64,000 nt of DNA from Lytechinus pictus (lineage: Eukaryota). Both the position numbers and the translations under genes were made by a program. Below, piece by piece: positions 27,701-40,215 of the stretch. The stretch is taken from assembly GCF_037042905.1 (NCBI RefSeq), contig NC_087251.1:29762001-29826000 (forward strand), given 5' to 3'. The notes below the pieces were generated by a model. That model made no database searches and was not told the origin of the DNA. It worked only from the letters and a program-made list of their open reading frames with translations. Each line of letters opens with the position of its first letter. Position 1 is the stretch's first letter.

Positions 27701-30700
27701 CATCTAATTTTACAATCAGATTTTGTAGTTTAGGGGCTTTTGAATTTCGAAATAGAAGAGTGACGGAGAGGAAATGGCTGTTGCCTCTTATTTCACAAAC
27801 TCGAAACTAGTTTCTGCCAAGCTCGGGTTCTTTTTGCGCGTGATTGAAGCGGGTACGTCCCAAGTGACCAAGCCGACTCCTCCCCGTCGCTGACAGGGTA
27901 GCTATATAGCCATCCAACCCCATCTTCAGATTTAGCGTTCCATGACAGGCTTGGCTTATTATCAGAGCACTAAGCTTTAAGCTGATTACTGGGTCTTAAT
28001 TTCAAATTAATTATCAAAATGGCACAAAGGTGTATGTGTCTCTGATCCAATTTTCTCAAATTCATTTCTCCTCTTCACAATAGATGTATACCATGTAGGT
28101 TTGTAAGGATGGCGAGGAGAATGAAGACAGGGGTGTTCACATTATCCTATCCGATTGTAACTATTATGTAGTAAAATTCCCATCTGAAGGAGAGATTTTA
28201 TCAAGATGTTTTCAAAATAGCAGACTGTCGCAGGAGCTCGGAAATTATGTATACATTATCACAATCGCAATTGACCAACGTTCAGGACTGAAATCAATTT
28301 ATTGATAGAAGGTATAATGATAAAGCATGACTTGACGAATGAGACTTTAATCATGGAAGCGCATTATGAAATAATCTTGTTTGAATGAACTTAAATACAC
28401 ATGAGTAGACATACTGAAAAGTGAAAGCGCGGTGTTTCACATTATTGTATTTGATTTAGTTGATACATCAGTGAGCTTTCTCAGTCTATATGGATAATGC
28501 ATTTTAATGGATACAAATAAAAAATAGTCTAAAATACCTGTCATACATTGAATCTAATCTAATGATAATGAAACATTTTGTATAGCGCAAAATACAGGGA
28601 AAATTGCATGTCTCTCAGCGCTTTTTACAAGTGAAGATGGAGAGGTGAGCACTGGGTTCCTAATTGTTTATAAAATAGTAAATAAATATGTTTTCAAACT
28701 CTTTCTAAACTTTTCATGTTGGTATATTCTTTAGATCTTCCGGCACTGAGATTAGTCGATGAAACAACAGCTGCATACCATATAATGATATAATAACAAT
28801 AATATTCATTCATTCTTAGACAGAAGCTGTATTGGTGATCAAAGAGGGGTAGAATGGGGTTTTTTGTGGAGATACAGCTCGAAAAGTCGTCTTCTTTGAA
28901 GTAACTAGATTGTCAAATATCGGAAATTTGCTTCTTTTGTTTAAGAAGCTGATTATCAAAGCAAAACAACAATACTTTATCATCGACTGTGATCAAATCG
29001 AATAATAGCTAATAAAGGTATCGCCTCAGTATTAAACTATTGAGATTTGGCTTTTTGAAATCACAAGTATTCAGAGAGAGAGAGGATGTCATTATCCATC
29101 GCCATGGTTACTAAATCACCACACATAACGACGGGAATTGATTGAGATTTCAGAGCGAAATTGTTAAAATTACTATATATTATTGTTCAGATGGTTTAAA
29201 CTGATAGGTATATATCTTATTTTATTAGTCATAAATGGCTGTGGTCAAATAGAAAATATTGAAATGTGGCTAGATATAAGCTGATATGAATCAGGCCCTG
29301 TGTTGTTGTCACTTTTCTAGGTGAGTAAAAAAGTGACAATATGTATACCTTAAATTTTAAAGTGTGAACGTGGTTGCCGTTCCTATCAGGGATGAAGATG
29401 ATGAGAGAAAAGATTGGATTTTAGCTACTCATGTGAAAGAAAGAAGGACGACTGATTGGACACTAATGCCTAATCGGAAGGATAACTAAGCGTTAAAGTT
29501 CGGTCACGCGCTGTGGGACTGCAGTAAAACAATTCTCTTCACTTAGATTCCGAGATGATTGGTACACCGCCTACGGGAGCCAAAGCTCGTCTCTTTTTAG
29601 AATGCCTCTGCCTGCAATCTTTCGCCTGGGAGTGACGAAAACGGTATAGAGGAAACGGAGACAAAGATGCAATTGAATTGTTTGCCTCGATCTGCAGGGC
29701 AGATAGAGATGATGGGAAGCCTAAAGCTAATCCCAAAATGGGGCGAGCGTGACGTACTTAATTTCCAATTTGGCACCTAATAAGACAAATGAACAATTTT
29801 CAGGTTGTTTGAAGAAATTACACGAAGTTGTGGTAATGAGGTTTGACTCCAGCGCTTGATTAACTCACTGTAATAACTCAACCTCAAAAACAATTTGATG
29901 TCCTAAGAAAGAAGATAGGAGCTAGAGTTCACCCGGGAAATCAACTCGGATCAACCGATGTTGTCACAGCTCCAACTCCAAAGTTTGCTTTTCTCAAAGA
30001 CCAATTTATAGTCTTGCCCTGCGTCTAATTTGTTACAATCTTTTTCCCTCGAACCCGCATGGTTCGCCGACTGCTTTCATCCGCTTTCCTCTCACACTGT
30101 TTGTTTATTATATTGTGTGCTCAGGAAAATTAAATTTGCAAATTTGTCTGTTTTCGTTTTCGGAAATAAATATGTAGGAGAGAGGTGGGGTTGGAGCGTA
30201 AGTATGGAAGCGCGAGTTTGGATTGATGTATAGAGTGACTATATGTCGTTGTCCGGCCTGAAATTTGATGTCGGGCTGGACAGGCACGTTTGGTTCGTTT
30301 GTATCGAGACATCGGGAAGCATAGAAAATGGATGTCTTAAGGGTGCAAATTAAGAATAATTTGATAAGGAGGTAATCCAGCAAGGAACCAAAATCTCCAA
30401 AACATGTCGTAAGAATCTAGCTGACAAGGTATACCTCGGAATTAAATCTCATTAATTTCAGCGACACGAACTGATTATTTTGAGTCGGACAATAGAAGAT
30501 CTCAACCTTTCAAAATTGACAGAATATCAATTACCATCGGGTCAAACCATAATGGTGTTGATAATCGAAGTCCTTCCTTGACCTTTACTTCTATAATTCT
30601 TAATGCTAGGTAATGTGGTCTAGTGGATATGATGCCAGGTTTATATTCCAAATCCCTGCTAACGGGTAATTTTGGCAAAACATCTCCAGGGGCCCGTAAC

Positions 30701-33700
30701 ACAAAACTTAGCAATGATCCTAGAACATTTTTCTACGATTGATTGCATTGACTACAATGTACGATAAATCGTAAAAATCAAACGTATGATTAATTGCTAA
30801 CCTTTGTGTTGCTGGGCCCTGGTGTGAATAACATCAAAGATGAAAATGATAAATTCCTTGATGCTCGCAAGATGATACTAAATACTAACGGGCCTGACTA
30901 GTGACAAACGACTATTATTATCAAGCGCACAATAACACGAGTTATCAATTCAAACCCTTGCATTTTCAATATTCGTGTTTTATTTCAGCTTAATGTTAAA
31001 TCAATAGTTTTGCACTTCTCAAGTCGAATTAATCAGGAGATGTCGTACAGATGTGGGGGGAGAGGGGGCTGGGGGCCTGGACCCCCAATATTTTCACGAC
31101 CAAGAAAAAAGGGCGGAAAAGTAAATAAAGTGAAAGGTAATGTTGAAATACGGTATTTAACTCTGATAATTATGTCAAAATCTACAACAAAGTCAGATTT
31201 TTTTGTATTGAAAAAAAAAATTGTGCTCTCTCTCTCTCCGCTTATCTCGCTGCTTTTTAGAAATGTCGTCCCCTCAAATTGTTTGGCTCAGTAAGCTTCT
31301 GATCAGAAACGAGTCTCGATTAATAGAATGTAAAATATACAGAGTTGTATCATCCTTAATGGTAACGTCGATCAACTGAAAGCCTATGAACTTGTCATGA
31401 TATTCTGTCCAGCATGGTTACATTCGTCATATTATTTTTGTCTGTGTTGTCCACAATATACTCAACCAAAAAAACTTTAAATATGCCACTTTAGAATACT
31501 TTATAGTTCACTTTAAGTGCTGAATCGGCGTTGAAATAGCAAACATTCATGAATAATTTACTATGTTCAGATGTTAGACATGCCCTCAATGATCATAGGG
31601 TGTGAGAAACAACTCAAACCGAGTGAAACCAAACCGTCACTTCACTTTTGAACAGCCATGGTGAGTCTCAAGAAATATAAAATCGTGCAATTAGCGATAC
31701 GGCTCTCATTAACGTCTTTGTACTGCAGTGTTTGTCTGAAACATCTCCTGAATGGCCTGCTCTTAGCCGCCATATTGCCTGAATTCAAACATTCCTTCTT
31801 CGTGTCTGATTGGTTGGTCGATCATTCTCACTTGCCTTATACCATTCGTATCATTCTACTTTGCCAGCAAACCTGAAGTGGCGATGTTCGAATACTAATT
31901 GGTAGGCAATTACGAATCCTGTGATTGCTTCTGTATTGATTCCTGGAGGAAAACCCGTGACAGCCTCAAAGACGTTTCGCAAAGTCGAACGGTGATGATC
32001 TTAAAAAATTCATGGATCTTGCTCCGAGCGACATCGCACACATGATGACGAGCAAGAGCGACTAATTGATGCGCAGCTATTATACTGGCTTCATGCAACA
32101 TACGATATGGGTTGTAATGGATTTCGTTTCAGCACGTAGTTTGTGTCAAGTTTTGCTTCAATTGGTCACTAAGTTTATCTTTTAAATAATAGAGGCAACA
32201 AAATTGGTTAGATACTAATGACTCACCAATCGACCTTTCCAAATAATAATAGCAGCACAGGAGAGTGTTTTTAGAAAGATGTAAAAAAAAATTACGTTGC
32301 TTAACAGCAAGTTCCTTGTTTAGTTATTTCTGAGTTGATTTCTTCCCTAAATATGCACGATACAAAGTAAGAACATACCTATGGTAATAGTTATAATTAA
32401 TTTGCCCTTTCCCATATTTTAAAAGGGTAGTGAAGTTTCCGAGAACTCATTGTTTTTATCAAAATCTTTATGGAATCTGATAAAAATTAAAACTGAAAAA
32501 AAAACATGAGGGGGGGGGCAATTATGTATCTTTGTAATCTATGATAGCCTTATACCGAAATATGGACACATTAAGCTGATAAAACTGTTTTTATACGTTG
32601 ACGTCATTATAGCGCAATTTCCTATTATTGATCCAAAGTGCCTTTTTCTGTTCAGTGATTAAGATGCAACTTCAAGTAAATGTCATTAAAGATTAAGAAT
32701 GAAATATAGGGGAACTTGTTGCGTACATGGGTCATTAGTTCTGCATGTCACGTATTCTTTGAAACTATTTTTGGAAAAATATTTTCTGATTTTTAGAACT
32801 TGATAACAGCAACGCATTAAAATGTGATAATCACAAACTCAATTATGGAACTTCCAAGGCCGATCAAATTAATGTGACTTCATTGAGACGCCATTTTGTA
32901 TATTTCAGATGTCTCTCTTTACATGTATAGTGAATGGCAGTGGCGTCAATCCATTTTCAGATGGGGGTGGGGCAAAATCATGAATCAACGTTCCAAAGGA
33001 CCTCAATCGCACAAAACAAACAAACTCACGCACACACACTCACCCACACACACACACATAGACATATATATTATATGACTCATGAGAAAGAGACACATAT
33101 CTCACCAACAAATTAATGCAAGCGCGCAGCACGAGCTAAAAAAAATTTGTATACAGACCTGAAAACAGGGAAAAGGTACCTGTTTAGGACTGTTTGTAGT
33201 AACTCATGAGGAGGACATATCTCACTACACAGATAATGCGAGTGCCAAGAGCGAGCTGAATTTTTTTTATATTCTGACCTGAAAGCTTGATATTCTAAGC
33301 ATTTTTGCTACCAATGATTAAGATGGATATCTATAAGAACAATAGATGCAAGCGTGAAGCGCAAGCTGAAAATTTTGATATTTCGATCTTAAAAATATTG
33401 ACAGTTTAATGGACGTTTTTAATAAATAACAAGATATATATCCATTAAACGATTAATGCAAATCGAAGCAGGAGTTTTTTAGGTTTAGAACTGAAAACGG
33501 GACATTCTATTTACCTATTTAATCATAAAAAGTATGGGTTTTTGCTAAAGAAATTATGCGAGCGCGAAGCGCAAGCTAACATTTTTTATATTCCAATCTT
33601 AAAAGCGGACATTTTGAGCACTATTTTAAATAAAGAGCGAGTTGTGTATCTCAGTCTCGCTTGCCTATTTTCTGTGTAACATTACAATCTTATCTTATTT

Positions 33701-35477
33701 TTGCACATCCGGAATTATTGGGGAGCAAAACGTTATGTTTGCCCCCAAAAAAATTTTAATTGGTGGGGCGATCGCCCCCTATATTTATTCAACGATATAC
33801 TTTTATATTGCGCAGTATTTTACCAAGATAAGAATAAAAATTGGGTTATAATTAGGATTAAATTTCTCATATCGGTCTAACACATTTTATCGGGCTACTT
33901 CAGCACGTTTGAAAATGGAGGCATTTGATTAATGAACAGTTTTTCCCCAAGATCCTCCCTTAATGTGTTTCGTCCTTTTCGAATGCCATTTCCCTTTCGT
34001 AACTTACTCAATCATTTTTGTCTTCCTTCTTTCTTAAACCGTCCTTCATTATCTGTTTCCTTCATTAATATCTTCTATTTATTCTTTGTTGTATTTCATT
34101 TGTCATTGATCCATGCTTTTATATACCTTTCTTATTTTCATTTCCTTCTCGTAGGTGTGGTTTCAGAACCGTCGAGCTAAGTGGCGAAAGAAGGAGAAGT
34201 GCTGGGGACGAAGCAGTGTGATGGCAGAGTACGGCCTGTATGGGGCAATGGTTAGACATTCGCTACCTTTACCCGACAGCATCCTTAAAGCGGCCGAAGA
34301 GGGGGACAGTTGTGCTCCATGGTTGTTAGGTCAGTATTCAGCATCTCCCTTGAAAAAAGAAGTCAATGAATCATAGAAGACATTATGTAGGATTCTAAGT
34401 CTTCCCATCTCTGTAAAATTGAACCCGAACTGATCTCTCTAATGTGCCCAGCACAAATATTGTCAAGAACAGAAGATGAAGTCTTGGACATCTTGTCTAA
34501 ATGGATTATTGCTCGTGAATCAAAAGTTTGAAAACTTGAGCCTCTAGAAAATTCAAATACATAATAATTTATATTATAGGCCCTATTAGAAATTTTCCGA
34601 ATGAAAATTTAGGAATTTCAACTTTTTTAATTTCCTAAAGTAGTGTTAAAAATCTTTTAAGGTAGAGTCTTTTTTTTCTTCTGAAAAAAAAAATGGTTGA
34701 AATGTAAATGGAATTATCCATTTTCCTCTCTCTTTAATGTAAATTAGATAACTATTCAGGAAAATTTATCATTGTCAGAAGAGATATTATCGTCAACAGA
34801 CTAGTGAACGTATCAATCGAAAAGATTGTTATTACAAACAAAGATTTGATTCACAAAATCTATTTGGTATTCTCGAGATGATTTTGTAGGATTGGTGATT
34901 GGTCGGTTCTTATATTGTTATCTCTATTCATATTGAAATATTCATAATATTCTCTACATAAACAGGTATGCACAAGAAATCGGTAGATGTCCCTGATGTG
35001 ATGGGTGACGAAGAGAATGAAAAGATTTACAGAGAAAGCAAGGGTAATATCACCAAGGAAACACGACATCAACAGAAAGACTCAAGTATGAGCGGTGCTG
35101 ATGAGATCAGGACCAATAGTATCGCTTTGTTGAGAGCCAAAGCTCAAGAGCATAGCGCCAGGATCCTAAGCGGTAAGGGAACGGCATGTGCCACATCTGC
35201 AGGATGCTCAGACGTGTCAGAGGCTGTATCGAGTAGGGACCATCATCCATCGGTGGATTCACGCCTTCCGAGCGGGGAGAAGAGAGACAGTGGGGTGTGG
35301 TCGGGGGATGACGAACAGGTCAATTGTTCGGCGTCGTCTCCTGATGGCCACGCCCATGGGCGGGATATCCAAAGAGAAGAATATCAGGATCGACATGGTG
35401 ATTCGGCATCGGGTGAATCTTCGTCCAGTGACGACAGCCACGATGAAGAATGTGAAGAAATCGAGGTCGATTCATGA
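6234..35477 (+). CDS. Vsx: Vsx/Chx10 (visual system homeobox, Prd-like CVC class), spliced CDS join(6234-6669,20986-21085,26307-26430,34155-34329,34966-35477), 448 aa
   Basis: Five exons with GT-AG introns and matching phases (1,2,0,1). Total 1347 nt = 448 aa + stop. Contains the FAIHELLGL octapeptide, Q50 homeodomain, CVC domain and OAR motif. Confidence 0.96.
9219..9452. mobile_element. 234-bp CACT-ended MITE in Vsx intron 1
   Basis: TA|CACTGCAAAAACTCCGGTGTTGATTTAACACC ... GGTGTTAAATCAACACCGGAGACTTTGCAGTG|TA; long imperfect TIRs. Confidence 0.9.
12576..12643. repeat. (TA)n microsatellite
   Basis: Pure dinucleotide run. Confidence 0.95.
15523..15743 (-). mobile_element. 3' end fragment of an L2-type LINE
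   Basis: - strand encodes [29 protein letters not shown], then TGTAAAGCGC..GCGCTATATAAAT and an (ATT)n tail. Confidence 0.8.
20986..21085 (+). CDS. Vsx: Vsx coding exon 2 (basic NLS, homeodomain N-terminal arm [10 protein letters not shown])
   Basis: Pyrimidine tract + TAG acceptor ending 20985; completes G|AA codon; donor AG|GTATG at 21086. Confidence 0.93.
22532..22755. mobile_element. Decayed relative of the GPCR MITE in Vsx intron 2
   Basis: Shares AAAATGTTGGGCAACATAC-GTCCAC and TTGTGTGGAC-GTATGTTGCCCA with 55333-55528; ends eroded, boundaries approximate. Confidence 0.7.
23972..24965. mobile_element. 994-bp non-autonomous DNA transposon, TTAA target (Kolobok-like)
   Basis: TTAA|GGTGCCAGGTGCCCTA ... 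TAGGGCACCTGTCACC|TTAA (15/16 TIR). Confidence 0.88.
26307..26430 (+). CDS. Vsx: Vsx coding exon 3 (homeodomain helices 1-2, [13 protein letters not shown]...EDRIQ)
   Basis: TTTGCAG acceptor; 124 nt; donor CAG|GTATT. Confidence 0.97.
27035..27220. mobile_element. 186-bp CACT-ended MITE in Vsx intron 3
   Basis: AA|CACTC...GAGTG|AA; inverted CAATATTGGGTA and AACATGCATGTT blocks. Confidence 0.8.
30690..30819. mobile_element. Harbinger/PIF-like MITE
   Basis: GGGCCCGTAACACAAA ... TTTGTGTTGCTGGGCCC in CAG/CTG context. Confidence 0.75.
32938..33779. mobile_element. hAT-like family A, copy 2 (right TIR lost), Vsx intron 3
   Basis: Colinear high similarity to 753-1831. Confidence 0.9.
34155..34329 (+). 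CDS. Vsx: Vsx coding exon 4 (helix 3 [12 protein letters not shown] + CVC domain)
   Basis: Long pyrimidine tract + [31 protein letters not shown]; donor G|GTCAGT. Confidence 0.97.
34966..35477 (+). CDS. Vsx: Vsx coding exon 5 (CVC end GMHKKS, OAR motif [15 protein letters not shown], acidic tail)
   Basis: ACAG acceptor ending 34965; in frame with exon 4; TGA at 35475-35477. Confidence 0.95.
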
Positions 35478-37042
35478 ACACGTGGTATTATCATTGTGAT
35501 ATCAATGTCACGTGACATCATCAAGATGACCGCCGATTGTGAATTAATATGTATATACTTGCCAAGTAAATTAAGAGAACAAAATACGAATGATATATCT
35601 TTAGTGTCATGAAACAACATTATATTGCAAGACACTTTCATTTGTGTAGGCGCTTGGATCATTATTTTCACATTCCGTCTCTTTGACAGTGTTTAAGTAA
35701 TTCTAGATGCTATTCATTAGAAGTTTCTTTCCTATTTCCACTATTACCTTATTGAAGGATCCTATCTAAATGTCAATTTTTGATGTTGTTTTAAAGAAAT
35801 AAATGATTTGTAATAGTGTTTTGAAATAATGAACTTTATTTTTTTATATTCAAATTCAAATTTCGAATTCAACGTGTTTAAGAATGGTTTATAAGGCACA
35901 AAATGAATTGACATATTGGCATGAGTACCGTATTCTTTAACGTAAAGCCTGTTTAAAGTTTTGGTAAATTCCCTAGAAGTGAGTGTCACTATTCATATTG
36001 TATCATTAAATGTGTGTGCCCTAAAACTGTAACGATGCGGAGCATTCAAATATTAAAATATGTTTTATTTGATAGATTTTGCCAGACAAAATGAAATATC
36101 TGCGCATTTTTTTTCTTGTTGATACCGAATACATTTTAACAATGTCAAGAATTGAAAAAAAAAATAGCTTGCCACTACGCTTTTGTAGCATTGGTATTGG
36201 CATAATTGGTATGACATACTGGTATACATGTAGTTCACATTATTGATCTTTATCAAAGCTCTAGACTGGCTTTTAAAATATCGAATTAAATTTCCAAAAA
36301 CTTAATGAAAAGGTTAGGGGTTGTAAGGGATATGTTCACCATAAGTCTCAAACTTTATATTTTGGAATATGAGCACTTGGTCAGACTCGTCCAAAGTATA
36401 TATTTACGCAAGTTAGTTTACGCATGTAGGATATGTCAATTTTTGACGTTTCAATTCGCAAAATGTTTGTGTCCCTTTGAAAGCATCTTTGTTAAGATAA
36501 GACAAGTGATACCTATTAACCAATTTCCAATTTTGTAAAACACAGAACATGTAAAAAGACAATCAGTGTGTAGGATTTTGCCAGTTTGGACATATCCGTT
36601 CTTTGGATGTCCCTATTCCAATTTTGTAGGTGGTGCCTATATTTCCTTGTGATTTGTTCTGTCTTTGCCATGATCTTGTGTTTAGTATTTCTGTGGCATT
36701 AGTCCAACTTAAAACTTTAATTTGAATATGATATATCAAATAGAGAGATGGAGAAAGAGAGAGAGGGGGGGCGGTGTGAGAACGCGTGTTTTTAATCGCA
36801 TAATTATGTAGGAAAATGATCAGTATTGTTTATATTATTGGCGAATTATTCGCTTTATTGTAAATTTATATCAATATACAAGTGTATATAAGTTTTGTAT
36901 GTAAATATAACGATGAATGTTGAGAAATTTTATAGATTATAAAGTATAGTAACAGGTAGATGTACTTGTTTTTGGTCAGAATGTTGCTAAATTTAGTAGA
37001 AATCATTCAACAGAAAACCACCTCAAATCAGATGACTCACTA

Positions 37043-37192
37043 GGGCCCGGTAACACAAAGGTTTGCAGTCAACTGTGAAATGTCATTGGCCAATCAAAAT
37101 CATTGTTACATTCATTAAACAGTATAGTACTTACCATTGACCAATTAGAATCTTCGTTTGAAATTGATGTACAGCTTTGTGTTAAGGGACCC
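37043..37192. mobile_element. Harbinger/PIF-like MITE related to 30690
   Basis: GGGCCCGGTAACACAAAG ... CTTTGTGTTAAGGGACCC. Confidence 0.7.
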
Positions 37193-37367
37193 TGGTAAAG
37201 CTGAAAAGGAAGAGAACCAAAGTTATAGGGTCACTGTATTTCCCTGTATCAGAACTTTGAACCTCAAATGATATAATAACTGAGTTTTACTTGTTTATCA
37301 TTCCTGAAATGAAATATGCATGCGATATTAATATCCAAATTTCTTAATAATCATGTATAATGTACTG

Positions 37368-37627
37368 GGCCCCGTCTTACAAAGAGTTGCGTTTGATCTG
37401 ATCAATCGCAACTATGGATGGCCAGCAACGTCAACATATAAAATGCATGATTGTTCAAAATATTTTCTAGATATGATGAATATTCATAAATTCATTGTTT
37501 TCTTGATAATTTGGCGTGTTTGCCTTTGTTTACAAAGGACATTTTGCAAATTTCCTGTAGAAAAATGATGACGCTGATGGATTCCATCATTGATTGGATC
37601 AAACGTAACTCTTTGTAAGACGGGGCC
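37368..37627. mobile_element. 260-bp Harbinger/PIF-like MITE
   Basis: CTG|GGCCCCGTCTTACAAAGAGTT ... AACTCTTTGTAAGACGGGGCC|CTG. Confidence 0.9.
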
Positions 37628-39419
37628 CTGGTGTCTGAAATTCATGCCTCTTTACATTCGTGATTACATTACAGGATGGTGACATTGAACATAAATTATG
37701 TTGCATTCTGATAATAAATATTGTAATCCACGGATTTGCAGAAGAATAGTCATTAGCTGAAGCAAGTTAACTATGTTAAAAACGAAGTAATTTAGAGCAT
37801 CATGAAATATAATGTCAGTATAGGAGCAAATTTCAAAACAAAATGGGTATAAAAATATTAACTGAAATAACAGCTTGATGAAACTTTTTTTTTTCAATCT
37901 TGAAAAAATTACCCGCTGAATTTTATCAATGAAAACCTTTCAGTTTCTAATCAGCGTCATATGGACTGAACGTATAAAAGATAATCATGTCTGTTCAGAT
38001 GGTTTTGGAGAAATAGAAGATTAATCTTCGTTTTATTCTGTTTAGAAAACGCACACTTTAAATGCACTTAATAGATGCCAATGTTAATATGAAATAAGCA
38101 CGAAGAGTAAAAATGATTGAGCAAGCATGAGATAGATAGGAAGTGAGAGGATGATGCAGTGCAGTATATCCTCTCAATCATTTTGTTTATTAAGTTTCTC
38201 ATCGAAATATCAATATTCATTTTTTTAAATTGTATAATTGAAAAAAATGTGAAACGTATTATTTTCGTGCTTTACTTCAAAATTCGGAAATTCGTACTGT
38301 AAAGTTAATATTCAAAGAAGTATTTATAATACATGTACTATTTATTGTATTCCATGTAAAGTGTGAAATAATTTTCAGAATACAAATAGAAATGCTCTAA
38401 CAATAATCAATGTAGTGATTGTATTTATTGCGTGGCACATCAAATTATTGTGAAAAGAAATACGACGCGAAAAACAGAAATTGCTATTTTCATTTTCCAA
38501 CTTTTAATTTCCCTTCAATATTTTTCAAGTGTACGATCAATATCAGCAAATTATAGTCACGTGTCAAACTGGGACGATGGTATCTCCACCCACTGTCCTA
38601 GTTTCCTGAGCTAAAGGTTCTCCTAATACACAATATCTAGTCATCCCCGCCTTTCCCCTCCATTGATTATCATATCTCCGAAGGAAAAAAATCGTTAGTA
38701 TACGGGCCACAACGTCCCGCAAAAACCAGCCAGCCAACCCAAATCTTGACAAGCCCAACCAGCTAACCAATTTAGATACAAGCCCAACCATAGATGGAAG
38801 CCACACTAAAGGTGAAGTCCAAACCAACCAACAAATTTTAGAGCCAAAACATCACATCAACAAGCCCTACGAACCAACCAGCTAACAATCATACATGCCT
38901 ATCCAACACACCAGTTAGCCTATGTATGTCTGGCCATGTGCCACTCGACAAATCGAATGTTATACATTCCACCTAATACAACATGGCTACCATGATATAT
39001 TAATCTCCTTTATGCTTTATATCATTCAAATAACAAAACGAGGAGAGGGTTGCAGCAACATGGCGATTTCAAAAACATAAAAATAAAATTGAAAGAAATT
39101 AGTAAATTTGCTTCAAGGATGGGAAGTTGTCGAAAGCGCATCACCGATGTCGCCAATTTGAAGTCCCCAGGTATTATGATAACAACTTTTACCGAAGTTT
39201 TAAATACTCATAATTTACTTACTGTTTGTTCGATATTTTTTTCATACTTTTATATCTGGCTTTTCTTTACTCCCTGAAAACATCTTTCCATGTAAATTTA
39301 GTTCCTTAAAATGATTCTTATTTTAATATATACATCTATACTTTACTTTGTAACAGTCACAGATGTTGCTTGCATCACGATCTTGTTCATTGCCCTGTTT
39401 AAATTGCCCAGACTACGCA

Positions 39420-39745
39420 AAAGAAGAAGAAGATGATGAAAAAGAACAAGGAGAAAGAGGAGGGGAAGAAGGAAAAGAAGGAAAAAGGAAGAATAAAAAG
39501 AAGAAAAAAAAGAGAAAAGAAGAAAAAGGAGGAAGAGAAGAAGAAGAAGAAAAAGAAGAATAACAACAAAGGAGGGAAAGAAATTGAGGAAAAGAGATGC
39601 GAAAGAAGACGGGGAAAAGGGATGAAGCAAAAAAAGAATGAGTTAGCTAAAAGGAGAAGGAAGAAACTAACAAAGACAAAAGAAAGAAGGAAAGGAAAAG
39701 AAAAGAAAGAAATATAAAAAGAAAAAAATAAGAGAGGAGGGGAGA
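39420..39745. repeat. Purine-rich (GAA/GGA) low-complexity tract
   Basis: ~325 bp almost exclusively A/G. Confidence 0.9.
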
Positions 39746-40027
39746 AACGCTATGAACGAACCTGGAAAATATTGCACATTAATCCCCTTTTAATGCATTT
39801 TTTAAAAATAATGTCATGTAGTAAAAAAAATGCCCTACCCGAAATAAAAGGCAATGGAAGTGGCTTTCTATTTCTGATTGTGAAAACATCTTCTTTTTAA
39901 TGGAAAGGGGTAATATACCTGTGATATAGTTTTTGCATTTTGTTAAATAACTTTTCAGTCATTTTTCTCCTACCGCCCGCAGTTGTATAGCGTTTCTTAT
40001 TAGCGAGATTTCGCAATGTTGCTACGG

Positions 40028-40215
40028 GACGGATTCTACAAACATGATTATTAAATATATTGAAAATGCCGATGACAAATTACGATGAACAGCTTGGAGG
40101 TCTTTGTCAAAAGTGGGTGAGCCGGGACAGCTGACGAAAAATCGCAAATATGTCGTTTTTCCGGCGTCCAGGACGACGCTGCGGTCTTGATTCACCTATT
40201 TTCGACAAAGGCTGT
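40028..40215. repeat. Old dispersed repeat with internal inverted repeat (copy A)
   Basis: Diverged match to 53908-54074; arms 40102-40120 / 40192-40210. Confidence 0.6.

Noticed and set aside
34330..34376. ORF read-through tails after Vsx exons (also 6670-6704, 21086-21155, 26431-26505)
   Set aside because: Intron sequence past canonical donors; no evidence of retention
35559..37222. miR-182-like (TTGCCAA) and miR-9-like (ACCAAAG) seed matches
   Set aside because: Single 7-mers are expected by chance; no conservation data available
39343..39717. Lys/Glu-rich or Phe/Leu-rich ORFs
   Set aside because: Artefacts of the purine-rich low-complexity tract
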